Positions 27,039-40,454 of a stretch of 64,000 nucleotides of DNA are shown here, one piece after another. The DNA comes from Eledone cirrhosa (lineage: Eukaryota): positions 129,456,001 to 129,520,000 of the forward strand of contig OZ024740.1 in the NCBI GenBank assembly GCA_964016885.1, written 5' to 3'. Position numbers and translations under genes: made by a program. Below the pieces are notes generated by a model, which was given only the letters and a program-made list of their open reading frames with translations, was not told where the DNA came from and did no database searches. The number at the start of each line of letters is the position of its first letter. The first letter of the stretch is position 1.

Positions 27039-27096
27039 GAACATGTTAAAAACCCCGACGGCAAAGCTAAAGCCGTTTAGACGGCTATTTCTGGAG
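27038..27096 (-). mobile_element. Micro-insertion: HHR 3' half of the 12358-16526 PLE family
   Basis: Minus strand ccagaaatagccgtc-taaac-ggctttagctttgcc-gtc-ggggt matches 16390-16432; flanked by (TA)n. Confidence 0.7.
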
Positions 27097-27459
27097 GTAT
27101 ATATATATATATGTATATATTAATGTTATTCGATATAAAACTCACGAATGCATTTACGTTTTCGCTATGTTGGAGCGAACTAAATTTATTTTTAATTTTC
27201 GGCAGAGCCAGCCTTAGCATCGCTCGGTTTGCTATTTTGGCTAATTAGATGATGTATACTTTAAAGAATACTCAAGAGTTCTAGCGTCTGATAGAAAAGA
27301 AAGATACACAATAGTATTGAGAGCGGGCATTAACTCTAAAACAATTCTCAATTGTATCTCTCTAGCACCACTACAACAAAAGAATGACGATAGTCGTCTA
27401 AATCACATAGCGTTATGAGATTGTTTCCTCGGAATCGAATATTATTATTATTTGATGTA

Positions 27460-27838
27460 GGGCGGTGAATTGGCAGTATCGATAGAAGGTTGGATGCCAT
27501 GATTTCTAGCATAGTTACAACGCTTTACGATCTAAGTTCAAATCCCGTCGAGGTTAACTTTGCCTTTCATCCTTACGGGATCGATAAAATAAAGTACCAG
27601 TAATATACATATTAATTGCTGGCTCTGTGCCAAAATGTAAGTACAATTATTATTCGATATCGGGTAGTGGACTGGCAGTATCGGTAGAGCCTCAAACACT
27701 ATGATTTACACCATAGAGTTATGGCCCGTTACGTTCTGATTTCAAATCCCCCCTTCGTTACCTTCGCCTTTCATCCTTACGGAGTCGAATAATTAATACA
27801 TCAGTAACGCATTATGGTAATTGCTGGCCTTGTGCCAT
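27460..27838 (+). mobile_element. Two head-to-tail tRNA-derived SINE copies (27460-27650, 27662-27838)
   Basis: Each has a tggcagtatcg A-box, a ttcaaatccc B-box and a tttgcctttcatccttacgg-type body. Confidence 0.88.
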
Positions 27839-27883
27839 AACACTCACGAATGCATCTACGTATATATATATATATATAAACAC

Positions 27884-27919
<36 letters not shown>

Positions 27920-28057
27920 GTGTTTACATAACAGTTAGTTCACCATACCGAGAACAATTGTTTCACCTTAGCGTCTTAGCGTTGTGCAACCACTTCTACC
28001 TAACTCGTCTCATGGAATGAGTGCTCTACCACTAGGATATTACCTTCCAGTGTTTAC

Positions 28058-28145
<88 letters not shown>

Positions 28146-28164
28146 CAGATATAAATAAAGATAT

Positions 28165-28735
28165 ACGGAAAAATGAAACGAAATTTCATTTCTCACTCTT
28201 AGTACGGCTGTTACTTAAATATAAGTATGCATACGTACATACATATATGTATACAGACGTACAGTAGTAAATATATATATATACATACATGCACACATAT
28301 ATACATGTACGTATGGATTCACCGAACTTTTATTATAATGCTCGGTATGTTTGTAAACAAACATCCCGAATTAAGCCGTACAGTGTCTAGCAACCATCGT
28401 TGCTCATTTGTTCAACACTAACAAAGGAACGCTGTACTAGTTTCAAGCTTATTGGCTATCGTCACCAACGTATACCTTCCTGCCAGATGATTGAACGTCT
28501 GAAAGTATATACTTTCCTTATCTAAATTAACAGCTGAGCAGCCTAATTTGCATATCGAGTAAGTTTATCGGCCGGGCGCACCCAATATGATAAACGGAAA
28601 AAATGAAACGAAATTTCATTTCTCACTCTTAGTACGGGTGTTACTTAAATATAAGTATGTATAGGTACATACATAAATGTATACAGACGTACAGTAGTAT
28701 ATATATATATATTTACATACATGCACACATATATA
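28165..28735 (-). mobile_element. Tandem (~430-bp period) HHR-bearing repeat
   Basis: acggaaaaa(a)tgaaacgaaatttcatttctcactcttagtacgg occurs at 28165 and 28594. Homologous to 7428-7975 and 61740-62146. Confidence 0.8.
28429..28471 (-). ncRNA. Hammerhead ribozyme fold with C3G substitution
   Basis: Minus strand: ACGUUG-GUGACGA-(u)AGC caauaa GCU(u)-GAAAC-UA-GUA-CAGCGU. 6-bp stem I, palindromic ACUAGU, GUA triplet. Confidence 0.6.
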
Positions 28736-30392
28736 AAGATATATTTTTAGTGTACTATCCATATATCTATGTATGGTACCCACATAAATTATACCTATAT
28801 TAAGAAAATAGATAACATGTTTGAAGTATCCCGTAATGTGTATTAGAAGGCAAATGTGAAAAATATTGCATGATATATTCCCATCAACAAAACCTCTAAA
28901 AACCAAAACACCTCGCATTAAGAATCCTAAGAGCGTAATACAGTGAATACATATCTCCTGATAATGAGAAATAACTTTTTCGTTTTCCCCCCTGACAAAT
29001 CGACAAAGGATTATACACCACATAACACGAATCCCATCAACTCAGGTTGAGGCACATATTAACATCTTATAGTCTGGTACTGCAAGCATCAACAATGGCT
29101 TAAGAACCACAAATCTTATTTTATCACGAGAAATACCATGCTACCTACTTTCAGCCAAAACTATTTATCTAAGAACTCGATCAGACACATCTTCTGCTAC
29201 AAAGAAAGACCTGCTATTAAATTTCATGATTCCTCTGCTGGATCCTCAAATCTATATTGTTTACTCTTCCCAGATGTGTTGACAACTCCGATGAGGAAAT
29301 TTGCTTACATGTAAACAACATCAACTTTATGTAGATACATTTAAACATACAACATGCGTATATAACACCCACTTTCTTTCTCTCTACCCAATTCCCTACC
29401 GGATAAAATATTGACCGAATGAATCATCTGTTCTGACACTCAGAGACAGAGATTCAATATTTGAGAGTAAATTAAAACGAAGAGGACAGAAAAAGTGTCA
29501 AACTACTCTTTGAGAATGTTGCAAAATGTACGATATACGAGTAATGCATTATCTATCTGATTATAAATAAAACTGAATTTGAAATGATTGAGTGATGTTT
29601 ATTAATTGACACAATGATAGTTCGGAAGTATAACAATATATATATATGTCTTTTCTATCTTTTGTCACTTGTGTCGATGAATATATTAAATAAATATGAG
29701 TTAAATCTTTCTCCCTTGCAATTATGTGTCTGGTATTGTAATATTAATATGTAATATTAATATGTAATATCATATGTATTTGAATTGCCTATATCTCTGT
29801 ATATTTAGTGTCTATTATATATATATTTTTTTTTTTTACGATACTTTATTTTATTTTATGGTATTATATTTTACCCTGTGAAATGCATTATGTTTTTATA
29901 CACGTTTTGTTGACTTTGCATGGTACGTTACAAGTATTTATATATTTTTTTAATGTCAATATTTTTATCATTGATTTTAATATTGTTTAATCACACCGTC
30001 AGGGTGATTATTCTATTATAATGCTTATATTTATATATTTGTGTTAATATGTGTATGTGTAAATGTGTATATGTGAGTGTATATATATATATATATATAT
30101 ATATTAAATTTTATTTCTGCAATATGTATTGCATTGTATTGTATATTATATTATAATTTTTATATCTTATTTCTCGCATTATATTACTATGTTGTATTTC
30201 GAGTATTAGATTTATATTGTACTTTTAACGTGGATGTTTTACTGTTTGCTTGCTCTCTTGCCCTATAGTTTTTATTTACCAATGCACCCTATTAGGTTTA
30301 ACATGTCTTTCCATGATAATTTTCCTAAATATCCATTCGCTATTCTTCTGAATTTTGGCTTGTTCTAGCCGATGATATTTTTTGTCTTTTCC

Positions 30393-30437
30393 TTGCTCTG
30401 ATGATTCCTAATTAATGGGACGAAACATTGTCAGCAA
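30393..30437 (+). ncRNA. Minimal type-I hammerhead ribozyme
   Basis: UUGCU-CUGAUGA-(u)UCCUA auua aUGGGA(c)-GAAAC-AUU-GUC-AGCAA, with AAUAAA directly after it (30437-30442). Confidence 0.85.
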
Positions 30438-30639
30438 ATAAAGATTTTTAATGTATTAAAGGCTTCTTTGTTAATTTATATAATTTTTCGGCTCTGTTTG
30501 ATAACATTGAGCTATCTCTTATACTGTCATTTCTCTAATACGACGCGTGTGTTTGACTCTAATGCACTCAAGTATTTTTATCTTATATATATATATATAT
30601 ATATATTTATCTTATATATATATATATTTATTTATATAT

Positions 30640-30716
<77 letters not shown>

Positions 30717-30745
30717 ATATATATATATATATATTTATTTTATAT

Positions 30746-30798
<53 letters not shown>

Positions 30799-30807
30799 AT
30801 ATATATA

Positions 30808-30884
<77 letters not shown>

Positions 30885-31028
30885 ATAAAAATACTTGAGT
30901 GCATTAGAGTCAAACACACACGTCGTATTAGAGAAATGACAGTACAAGAGATAGCTCAATGTTATCAAACAGAGCCGAAAAATTATATAAATTAACAAAG
31001 AAGCCTTTAATACATTAAAAATCTTTAT

Positions 31029-31073
31029 TTGCTGACAATGTTTCGTCCCATTAATTAGGAATCATCAGAGCAA
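31029..31073 (-). ncRNA. Minimal type-I hammerhead ribozyme (inverted twin)
   Basis: Exact reverse complement of 30393-30437. Confidence 0.85.
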
Positions 31074-31445
31074 GGAAAAGACAAAAAATATCATCGGCTA
31101 AAACAAGCCAAAATTCAGAAGAATAGCGAATGGATATTTAGGAAAATTATCATGGAAAGACATGTTAAACCTAATAGGGTGCATTGGTAAATAAAAACTA
31201 TAGGGCAAGAGAGCAAGCAAACAGTAAAACATCCACGTTAAAAGTACAATATAAATCTAATACTCGAAATACAACATAGTAATATAATGCGAGAAATAAG
31301 ATATAAAAATTATAAAATAATATACAATACAATGCAATACATAATACAGAAATAAAATTTAACATATATATATATATAAAAACATAATGCATTTCACAGG
31401 GTAAAATATAATACCATAAAATAAAATAAAGTATGGTAAAAAAAA

Positions 31446-31493
<48 letters not shown>

Positions 31494-31690
31494 ATATATA
31501 CATATATAGTTATATTCTGGTAGGATCTTCCTACCCGTAACATTTTATTAGAAGCTTAACCTTCCCAACGTATAAACATATCAGTTAAACACACCTTTCA
31601 GATAAGATAGCTTGCAAAACAAATACAAATCACAAAGTATACATATATATGAGAGTATTGAAGTTTGCTTGAAGCATTGTGGAATAATAG

Positions 31691-32273
31691 GTAAATATCT
31701 TTAAGTCGTTTGGAAGCCTCGACAATGCAAATGGGTGAATCTCCGGGTAACAAGATCCGGTGGTGGAGAGAGAGATGTAAGTGGGTGTACGTTGAGATGC
31801 GTCGTGTGTATAAGACGTGTAGAGGAATGAAGGAAAGTGTATAAAGGATAAAATCGTAATAACAACACGAGAGATTTAATTGTCCCATTTCGGATTCACA
31901 TCCATCAACTGGGTTTTTTTTCCGGGGTGGGGGGAAGGTTGTCTGTCGGAAAGGTGTGAAACGCGTCCTCCGCTGTTTGTTGTTTTGAATATCTAAGCTA
32001 TTCAGCAGAGCGCGGAGGAGGTCAGCGGCAGAATGTGGGAGTGGGGTGGCGCTAGCTGTCAGGGACAATTAAATCTCTCCCAAGGTAACTCTCTCTCGTG
32101 TTGTTATTTTTATTTTATCCTTTATACTCTTTCCTACGTTCCTCTACACGTCTTATACACAGGACGCATCTCAACGTACACCCACTTACATCTCTCTCTC
32201 CACCACCGGATCTTGTTACCCGGAGATTTAGCCATTTGCATTGTCGATGCTTCGAATCGACTTAAAGATATTT

Positions 32274-32275
<2 letters not shown>
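31691..32275. mobile_element. Solo, fold-back copy of the 63163-63545 PLE terminal region
   Basis: 31691-32062 is colinear with 63163-63545, and 32063-32275 is the reverse complement of 31691-31885. Confidence 0.8.
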
Positions 32276-32354
<79 letters not shown>

Positions 32355-32842
32355 CCGAGAGAGAAAGAGAGAGAGAGAGGAGGGGGAAACAGTTATATTG
32401 ATAGATATCCCTTTCTGGCAAGACGATCGATGTCTGCCCTACACGCTTGCTTTCCATTTGTGAACGTACTGCAACGTTGCTTTTGTTATAGTGATTATTA
32501 ACAAACTAAATTACCAAAGAGTTGTCAGAAGGGTAAAATAAAATGTCAGTGGAATTCTGTTTAAGAAATGTACGCTGAAACGTACTTGAGTAACGAGGAA
32601 GGAGGTCAAACCTCTGTAATATAGTATAGAAAATGTAAAATCTTTGAAATAGAACAAGACAATAAAATAAATTTTGTAATGATCGATGCTGCAACTTCAT
32701 CAATAAAATATGAGAACAAACGAATTAGGAAAGACGAAAATTTATAATTGAAATAAAAGGACTTGAAATGTAAATAAAATATTACTTAAAGGAAGGAAAT
32801 GAAGGAGTTATGAAAACAGATGGTTGGAACGAAAGGACGTAA

Positions 32843-32912
<70 letters not shown>

Positions 32913-33149
32913 GGGAGTCAATGTGTCGGAACATATACAAAAATAGATAGAGTCGAGTGTGGAGAGTGAGTAATAATGAATTACACTTATAGTCTCAGAC
33001 AGATCGTTAGAAGGTGAGTGTTCACACAAGAAGAGAGTAGAGAGAATAATTAATACATAGCCAGATATACATTGGTTGAATATAATGAAGCTGGATTACA
33101 GAAAAGTATACATGACAGAGAGACGGAGAGACACAGATTTGTGTTTCCC

Positions 33150-33740
33150 TCTGCTCAGCTCGTGCTTTGCAATTTCGTGCAAGAGCAATACAAATGCCGT
33201 CGTGCATCAACAGGGAAGGCTTTCGACCTTCGCCCACTTTCATGTTATCACAGCTATTCAACTCTCAAAGAAATCATCAAGCACTGTCTGCACGCCACTG
33301 GCGTCCTGCCCAGTTTCTTCCGGTATACTGGGACTGAATGGGTGGCATGATACAAGATCTACATATCGCCTCACATCTGTGAGGCGATATGTAGCGACAA
33401 TTTTTTCAGCGGTTATCTGGGACAGGTTTCGTTTTTCGACCAGCTCTATATCGCCAGCTATCGATGTATCGGAAGTGTCTTGATAGGTTTGTCGTTGAAG
33501 CTGTATCAATGGACATTTATGCGTTCATGGATTCCGTTTCACCTTCCTACACACTGCAATCAAGGTGGATTAACAACCCGCATGAGTGAGGCTTCTAAGT
33601 GGATTTTGAAATGCATCATCCACATAATTTTGCGGAGAAACTCGTTCTTCATTCAGTTTGCAGGAACCAAGGACTGGCTTACTCCTGGGAGTCTGCACGA
33701 CAAAGAGCATTCTTCCACACTATTCCGGCTTGTGTTTTCT
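33150..33740 (-). pseudogene. Possible decayed piggyBac-like transposase relic
   Basis: GC-richer island. Minus-strand fragments KIMWMMHF and TDVRRYVD..CHP loosely resemble piggyBac motifs; no termini seen. Confidence 0.25.
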
Positions 33741-34481
33741 TGATATATAAGATATCTATCTATACAATTACAAAACAAACATCCACTATTTTCATTCGAT
33801 AATGGTCATTGAATTTCATATAAACGTCTATAATTACTCTGTAGACTGTCCTTAACTATTAAACCTACATGTTGCTTTGACTATATTCTAGCAATTTCGA
33901 AGTAAATTTTATGTAAATATTTCAAGAATATCTAGACGAGAAAATATTGAAACGGATCTATGCTGTGGCTATTATAAAATCAACCTGCATTAGTAGCATA
34001 ATGTGAAGTTATGTAAGCATTGGTAGCATAATGTGAAGAGAATATAGGATGCATGGCACTTGCGAGCGCGAAGGAGGCTATACAGGGGGACCACGTTTAG
34101 GATGTTTGCAAGAATGAAAACTGAAAAGGGAAGCATTATGAGATCCATATATTTGATAATATTTAGTCTTAATATATGTAGGTCAACATCCAAATTTCTG
34201 CGAGGATGAGGAACGTTTTAATACATGATTTACCTTCCGTCGTTCATCAAAACTCAGCTGTTGTATTTACATTCATAACATTGAGCCACATAATTTATTC
34301 TAGTTAACTCATTTTATTTAGTCAAACATAAGCACATGCGTATGATTAAGGAGTTAGCTTTGGGGATACTTTCTTCTTTCTTTAGTCCAAATGAATGGTA
34401 ACATAGACATGCATAGACAGGTCTCTTCTACTATAGACACGGGTTGACATATGCATAGTAAATGCAATTTATTAGACGTAT

Positions 34482-34531
<50 letters not shown>

Positions 34532-35959
34532 TTGTGCATGCCCGTATGTATGTGTGTGAGTGTAAATGTGTCTATGTTTGTGATCGTTTATGTTTCCTTT
34601 TGTGTCATTCTCTGAGCACTGGGGTTTATATGATCGATGTCCTGGGTCGCCTCACTATCTCTAATAGAAGAGAGCAGTACCATTGAAAGAAGAAAGTGTC
34701 GAAGCATTTCAAATTAAACCGCCACTATTCAAAGTTGGCTAGAGAAAGATCTATTTACATTACAGGAATCTGCCTGCATTTATAACTTTGCTTTCTAACA
34801 AACGTTAAACTTGATTTAAGCATCAAAATTAAAATATTTTGTGAAATTAATTCGAAATGTCTTGAAAAGATTTAACCTTTGCTTTAAGAATCATTTAGAA
34901 TTTCCTCTAGATTGTGTCGTGTTTCTACAAATAAAGACGTATTTTAATTAATTTAATTTGTGGAAGGCGGGATCATTCAAACATCACATCTTACGCGAAA
35001 TATCTACTTCAGCTATTTCCCTAAACGCATATTTTGTAAAATATTATTTAGCATGGAGGGGAAGATAAAATGTGAAAGTTGGTCAGATTCAACCAAAGGA
35101 AGATAATGCCACACACCAACATAGATATATAGATTGGTAGGGCGAAATAGATATATATGAAGAGAGGGGGAGATAGACAGACAGACAGAGATAAAGAGGG
35201 AGAGAGATAATGTGAAGTGGAATGAATGGAAGAGAAGACGGAGGCGGAGAAAATGATTATGAAATTATATCCTGAAGCAGATATTCAAAAACGGAAAGAA
35301 CATTATATAGACTGTCAGGGAGGTGGTATTACAGAAGTAGACTCTAACAGACAGACAGTAAGAACACGTTATTAGCATGACAAATTAGTGAAATAAGAGC
35401 ATAAAAACATATAAGTAAATGAAATAAAAAAAGAAGTAGACGTGACACGGAATTAAGATTTAATCTTCGCCGAACACTGCACTCTGTGTTAGGACTTATT
35501 TAAAGTATAATTTTGCATAGATCACATTTTTGGCGGTGGTGGAAATGAGATAAATTGCAGTGATGGAAGGGATGGACATAATACTGTCAGAAGAGGTACA
35601 GTTTGTAGTGGTGAAAGAGGGGTACATGGTAGTAGGGGAAATGTTCGTTCTAGTAGGGGTTAAGATGGTGGAGAAGTTAGTCATGCAAGAAGTGTAGGTG
35701 TTTGTGGTGCCGTTTTGCTTTATTTTTATATTTTGTGGGGATGACATATGATACAGGTTGTAGTGATGATGTTTTTGAGACTAGTGGGATTTGCAGGTAA
35801 TATTGGCGGAAGTAGTGTAGTTTGTAAGACATTTTAATGGAAATAAGCTCGATGCTGTTGAAGTTGTTGGTGTTACTTATATTGGTGAAAAGATTTCGTA
35901 TGCTGATTGGTTATTTATATATGAATAGGATGTATTCATATTGCATTTGTACACTATCC

Positions 35960-36553
35960 GAGCGTTACCGACCTGTGGGGCTATGTAGAACGACTATTGT
36001 CGCGGGTGGGACCAATCCAGTTGACCACCGAGTCCATTGTCATGATCAAACCGCCACCCTCCTCTCAAAAACGAGAGAGAGGCGGTTTTCCTATGTGTTA
36101 TGGCTATGGTGAAAGAGGTTATATGGTGGACGAGGTTAAAAGGGCTGAGGTCAGACACCTTTCTCTCCGCCGAGCAACTGATTCGTTTTTTCAAATATCA
36201 TTTTGGAAGAAGAATCAGGATGGAGAGAGAGGTGCTGTACCCCAGAACATTTTATAAAAGGTGGGTAAATGTGGCAAATATGGCCCGAGGTATTGGGCCT
36301 TCTCACTATATAAGCCTGTATGTTGAGGAAAAAGTGGAAGAGAGGAGGGGTGTAGTCACACTTGGTGCTCCTGGAGATGAGGATTGTACATTTTTTCGGG
36401 ATGTCTACAACCCCTGTGTAACGCCTCCCCCCTATTGGAGATTTCAATTGTTATTTGTTATTTTATTAATAGTTTTATTTTCATATACCTGTATGTAAAC
36501 TCCCCGTTTGTATTTGGCCCATTTTTTCTTGCCCTTGTGGCTAACAAAGAAAT
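35960..36553 (+). mobile_element. L1/Tx1 3' fragment
   Basis: MVKEVIWWTRLKGL..FFKYHFGRRIRMEREVL matches 61386-61595; T-rich 3'UTR and A-rich end. Confidence 0.85.
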
Positions 36554-36822
36554 TTATATATGAAGAGGATGTATAAAATACAACGTATGTTTAATAAATA
36601 ACTGATATTCAGCACTTTGATATGTATCCGGTGTGCGCACATATATGCACGTATATACACACATCCGCTCACGCATGTATGTATGTGTGTGTGTGTGGGG
36701 GGGGGGGGGGGGTATGTGTATTAGTGCATGGTTGTATGTGTGTTTGTGCATGAAGACATGCCGATAACTTATTATACTTGTTTCCTCATTTCATAATTAT
36801 GTCTAACGTGCATTTAGTGTCA

Positions 36823-36868
<46 letters not shown>

Positions 36869-36996
36869 AGATAAATCTACGAAAATGTACGGTAGTGTCC
36901 AATCCGTATGAAGAACTCAATGTAATCCAAATGTCATGAAAAGAGAAGAATAATTCAAAACTTTTTCGATGAAAAACACAGGAAGACAGAGTCAAG

Positions 36997-37219
36997 ATAA
37001 ATTAATAAAAATAATGAATAAAAACAAACAAGATTATTTCTTAAGACAGCATATATATGTGTAGGTATGTATATTCCCTCTGATAGTTTGTAAAAACTTT
37101 ACATAGATCTATATGATATACATACCAACACACACATATATATCCTAGAAACGATCGTAAAATGATGAATTTTTTAATATACGGAACTCTTTCTTTGTTT
37201 TTATTCATTATTTTTATTA

Positions 37220-37226
<7 letters not shown>
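36997..37226 (+). mobile_element. Mini-element with inverted tail and HHR relic with ~100-nt stem II
   Basis: Outer IR 36997-37030/37194-37226. UUAUUU-CUUAAGA(G5U)-long hairpin-GAAAC-GAUC-GUA-AAAUGA at 37034-37165. Confidence 0.55.
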
Positions 37227-37265
<39 letters not shown>

Positions 37266-37269
<4 letters not shown>

Positions 37270-37668
37270 TGGCTGCCAACTCGTTTTTGAGTACGGCCAC
37301 TACTTTATATCCATGTAGGAGAAACCCTACCGATGCGCTGAACGAGTGTGACTTTTCAGTCCAGCCAGCGACTTGAAAACTCTGGTACAAACACTACACT
37401 TGTGACAATTATTGACAGATAGTGCTGGGCCCAGGTACCATGTGACGGCAAGTGCAGAGAGATCTCCAGATATAAAGCAATGCCTGTGCCGTGAAGCTTT
37501 TATAGTGAGCAAGGCACTGCACAAAGCCAGTCCCACTCTCTTAACCAAGATGATATTTACCAAACAGAAGAACTAGTCAACATCATTGGATACCATCAGG
37601 GTTGCAGGTGTTATATCAGAGTTTTCCTTCCCCTAGAATTCTGCCTTGACAAAGGCTAAGGGGTCATA
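37266..37668 (-). mobile_element. Bipartite RTE-derived non-autonomous element
   Basis: Minus strand: RTE-type 5' motif ctaggggaaggaaaactctgatataacacc, then C2H2 finger CSVCTRVFKSLAGLKSHTRSAH, then a 3' stem-loop (gtggccg..cagccac) before (TA)n. Confidence 0.65.
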
Positions 37669-38861
37669 TATATACATAGCCATACGACACCAAGTTAAGT
37701 ACGCCGTCGTAATCTGCTGACTAATATAACATAACTGACACATCCATTTTCCATTCAACCCAGCAATTAACAAATCAAAAACTTTTCCATGTACTGAACA
37801 TGCGGTACTTACTAATACTTCGGGAAGGACTTATCTTAAACTTACACTTGATTTCATAATATAAGTAATACACAAAGGCAAATCTCCAAACATAAAGAAA
37901 GAAGTAGGTTTGCGAAGATTCTTATCATTACTCTTTACAAATTCACACATTTAATGTGACTACAAACTCCAGCATAGAAACAGTTGGTCTTACTTTATCC
38001 TGCATGTTATCTTGCTAATCGTACTTAACGTCATGATTGTTGATTATTTTCAAGTACAATGGTTTTGCTCAAACATTACTTTATGCATGCATATATACAC
38101 ATACGTATTTAAAGGCACCCAGTAATTTTTTTTTTGTAAAATATATAGACTGTTTTGTCAGAATCTCGAGTTTAATAAAATAGTGTTAGTGCTTGTACAT
38201 AATAAAATACATTGGTACATGACGAAGGGAGGTTAATTAAATCAATTTCATGTTTGAAATACCCTTATGAATTCTTGAAAGTAACTTATATTAAGTACTG
38301 TTAATTCTATTTTTTAAACATTTTCTTTCATATAACTTTTTACAGAACCCTGGTTTCCAGTGTTTTCAAATTTTAATTCAGGTAGAACATTGATTTAACC
38401 CTGTCTGGAATATAAATAACTATTCAAGAAAATTAAGTCTTGTAATAGCAGAATATTTTAGGTATATTCTCTACATTCCTATTTAGACAGTGTGAGAAGA
38501 TTTCTAGTTAATAAAACAGTATTCAGTGTAACGTGTTATGACATTAAGATTATGAGCTTATAGGTGAAATCCTACAGTTCATGAATTGTGACTTCAAAAC
38601 CATTGCAGGGAGATCTCTTTCATTATTTGCATGGCATTTAATTATATGATGCTAGCAATAAACGTTCTCTTTCATAGATGTATGCTTTATTGTCATGTAG
38701 AAATTAATGAGGTTTTCTCCGTTATATCTGACATTTATATATCCAAATGGTGCTGAGCTGTAGACATGTGATCAAGCATTTATAGGTATTGAAAATCTTT
38801 AATGTTCGGATCTATGGTATATATATACACTCACACACACTCACATGCACGCTAACATATA

Positions 38862-38920
<59 letters not shown>

Positions 38921-38932
38921 ATATAAATATAT

Positions 38933-38965
38933 AGGAAAAGAGTCAGGACCCCGACGGCTGAGCTC
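38933..38965 (-). mobile_element. ~30-bp micro-insertion of the 12358-16526 PLE end
   Basis: ggaaaagagtcaggaccccgacggctgagctc matches 12358-12387; sits between (TA)n tracts. Confidence 0.65.
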
Positions 38966-38977
38966 CAACAGCTAGAT

Positions 38978-39055
<78 letters not shown>

Positions 39056-39534
39056 AGGGGTGGGTATGTGTATGTGTGTGTGTATGTGTGTGTCTGTGTC
39101 TGTGTCCGTGTTTGTATGTGTGTGTATGTTTGTATATGTGTATATGTGTGTGAGGGTATGTGGGCGTGTGTGTATGGACAATATGTGAGAATGCCCTGCT
39201 CATTGAAAAGCAACTTATTGCAGAATATACTTAATATTTTACGAATATCCAATAATTCTATTACCTAATGAAATGTCATACCAACATAGCTATTTGTGGA
39301 ATTTCTATCCCACATACCTCACTGCATATCACCCATCCGTTTAGGAAAGAAAACCATATAGTTATAAATAACTAGTAAAGCCACATATTTTCCCAAATAA
39401 AAACATTCTATCCGCAGACGTTTGCTTTAGATATTTCTATCTTCTGAGGATTAACCGTATTCGTGATTATCCATATTTTCTTTTGATTTTGATTTTTCTA
39501 ATGCACAAACAATCACATGCACGTACATGCACAG

Positions 39535-39574
<40 letters not shown>

Positions 39575-40454
39575 CTGTGCATGTATGTGCATGTGTGTAT
39601 ATATATACATACACATATATACATACACATATATATATACATACACATATATTCCCTTCCCTCTCGTATATACTTGCCTCTGTACGTAACAAATTAATTC
39701 ATTCACCTTGCATTTCCTATGCCTCCATGAATAACTGCACGTTTGATTTCACGAAGAATTACGTGCATGCACAAATCTAACGTGTCTTCTGATCGATGAA
39801 TTGACATTATTTTTCAGTATGTGTGAGAAAATATGGATCAATAGCTGGCAAAGAGCCGCAAGTTTGTTTACTTGATATAACTGCAAGCGTGAAAAAGAAA
39901 GAACATCTTGAACTTGCTTACTTATGAAAGCAAAAAACACACTGATACAGATTCGCTTTCAGCACAATCGACGTCTTAAACACATGCAGGTATCCACACA
40001 GACACAAACACAGGCAAAAATATAAACACATACACAAACATACAGGTGCACCATATCAAAGAATGTAATACATATGTATTTATGCCTGTGTGGAATTACT
40101 TTGTTGTGGTAAGACATATATAGGTCTATGGATTCACGTCCATGCACATGATCCTTTTATGTGTGTATTGTATAAGATTGCTTATATCTCTTTTGGTATG
40201 TAAGTATGTATAACTATGTACACCTTCAACGTCAGTGCCTGAATGCACGCGCTTGTTTATTTATCAAAGAGGAAAATTATTGTCACTATTCCTGGGCATA
40301 TGTTATACGTAATACATTATTCAGATCATTGATACCCATTGTTTCAGCTGTTCATACGTAAACCTAACCTAACCGCCACCACCATATACGTAAACACACA
40401 CACACACATACACACACATGCACACATACGCAAACAAACACACACACACATATA

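Larger units (their letters stand above)
29815..31455. mobile_element. Large inverted pair of pLTR-like repeats around a (TA)n spacer
   Basis: 30085-30590 is a near-identical reverse complement of 30880-31375, and 29815-29900 mirrors 31375-31455. One HHR per arm. Confidence 0.9.
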
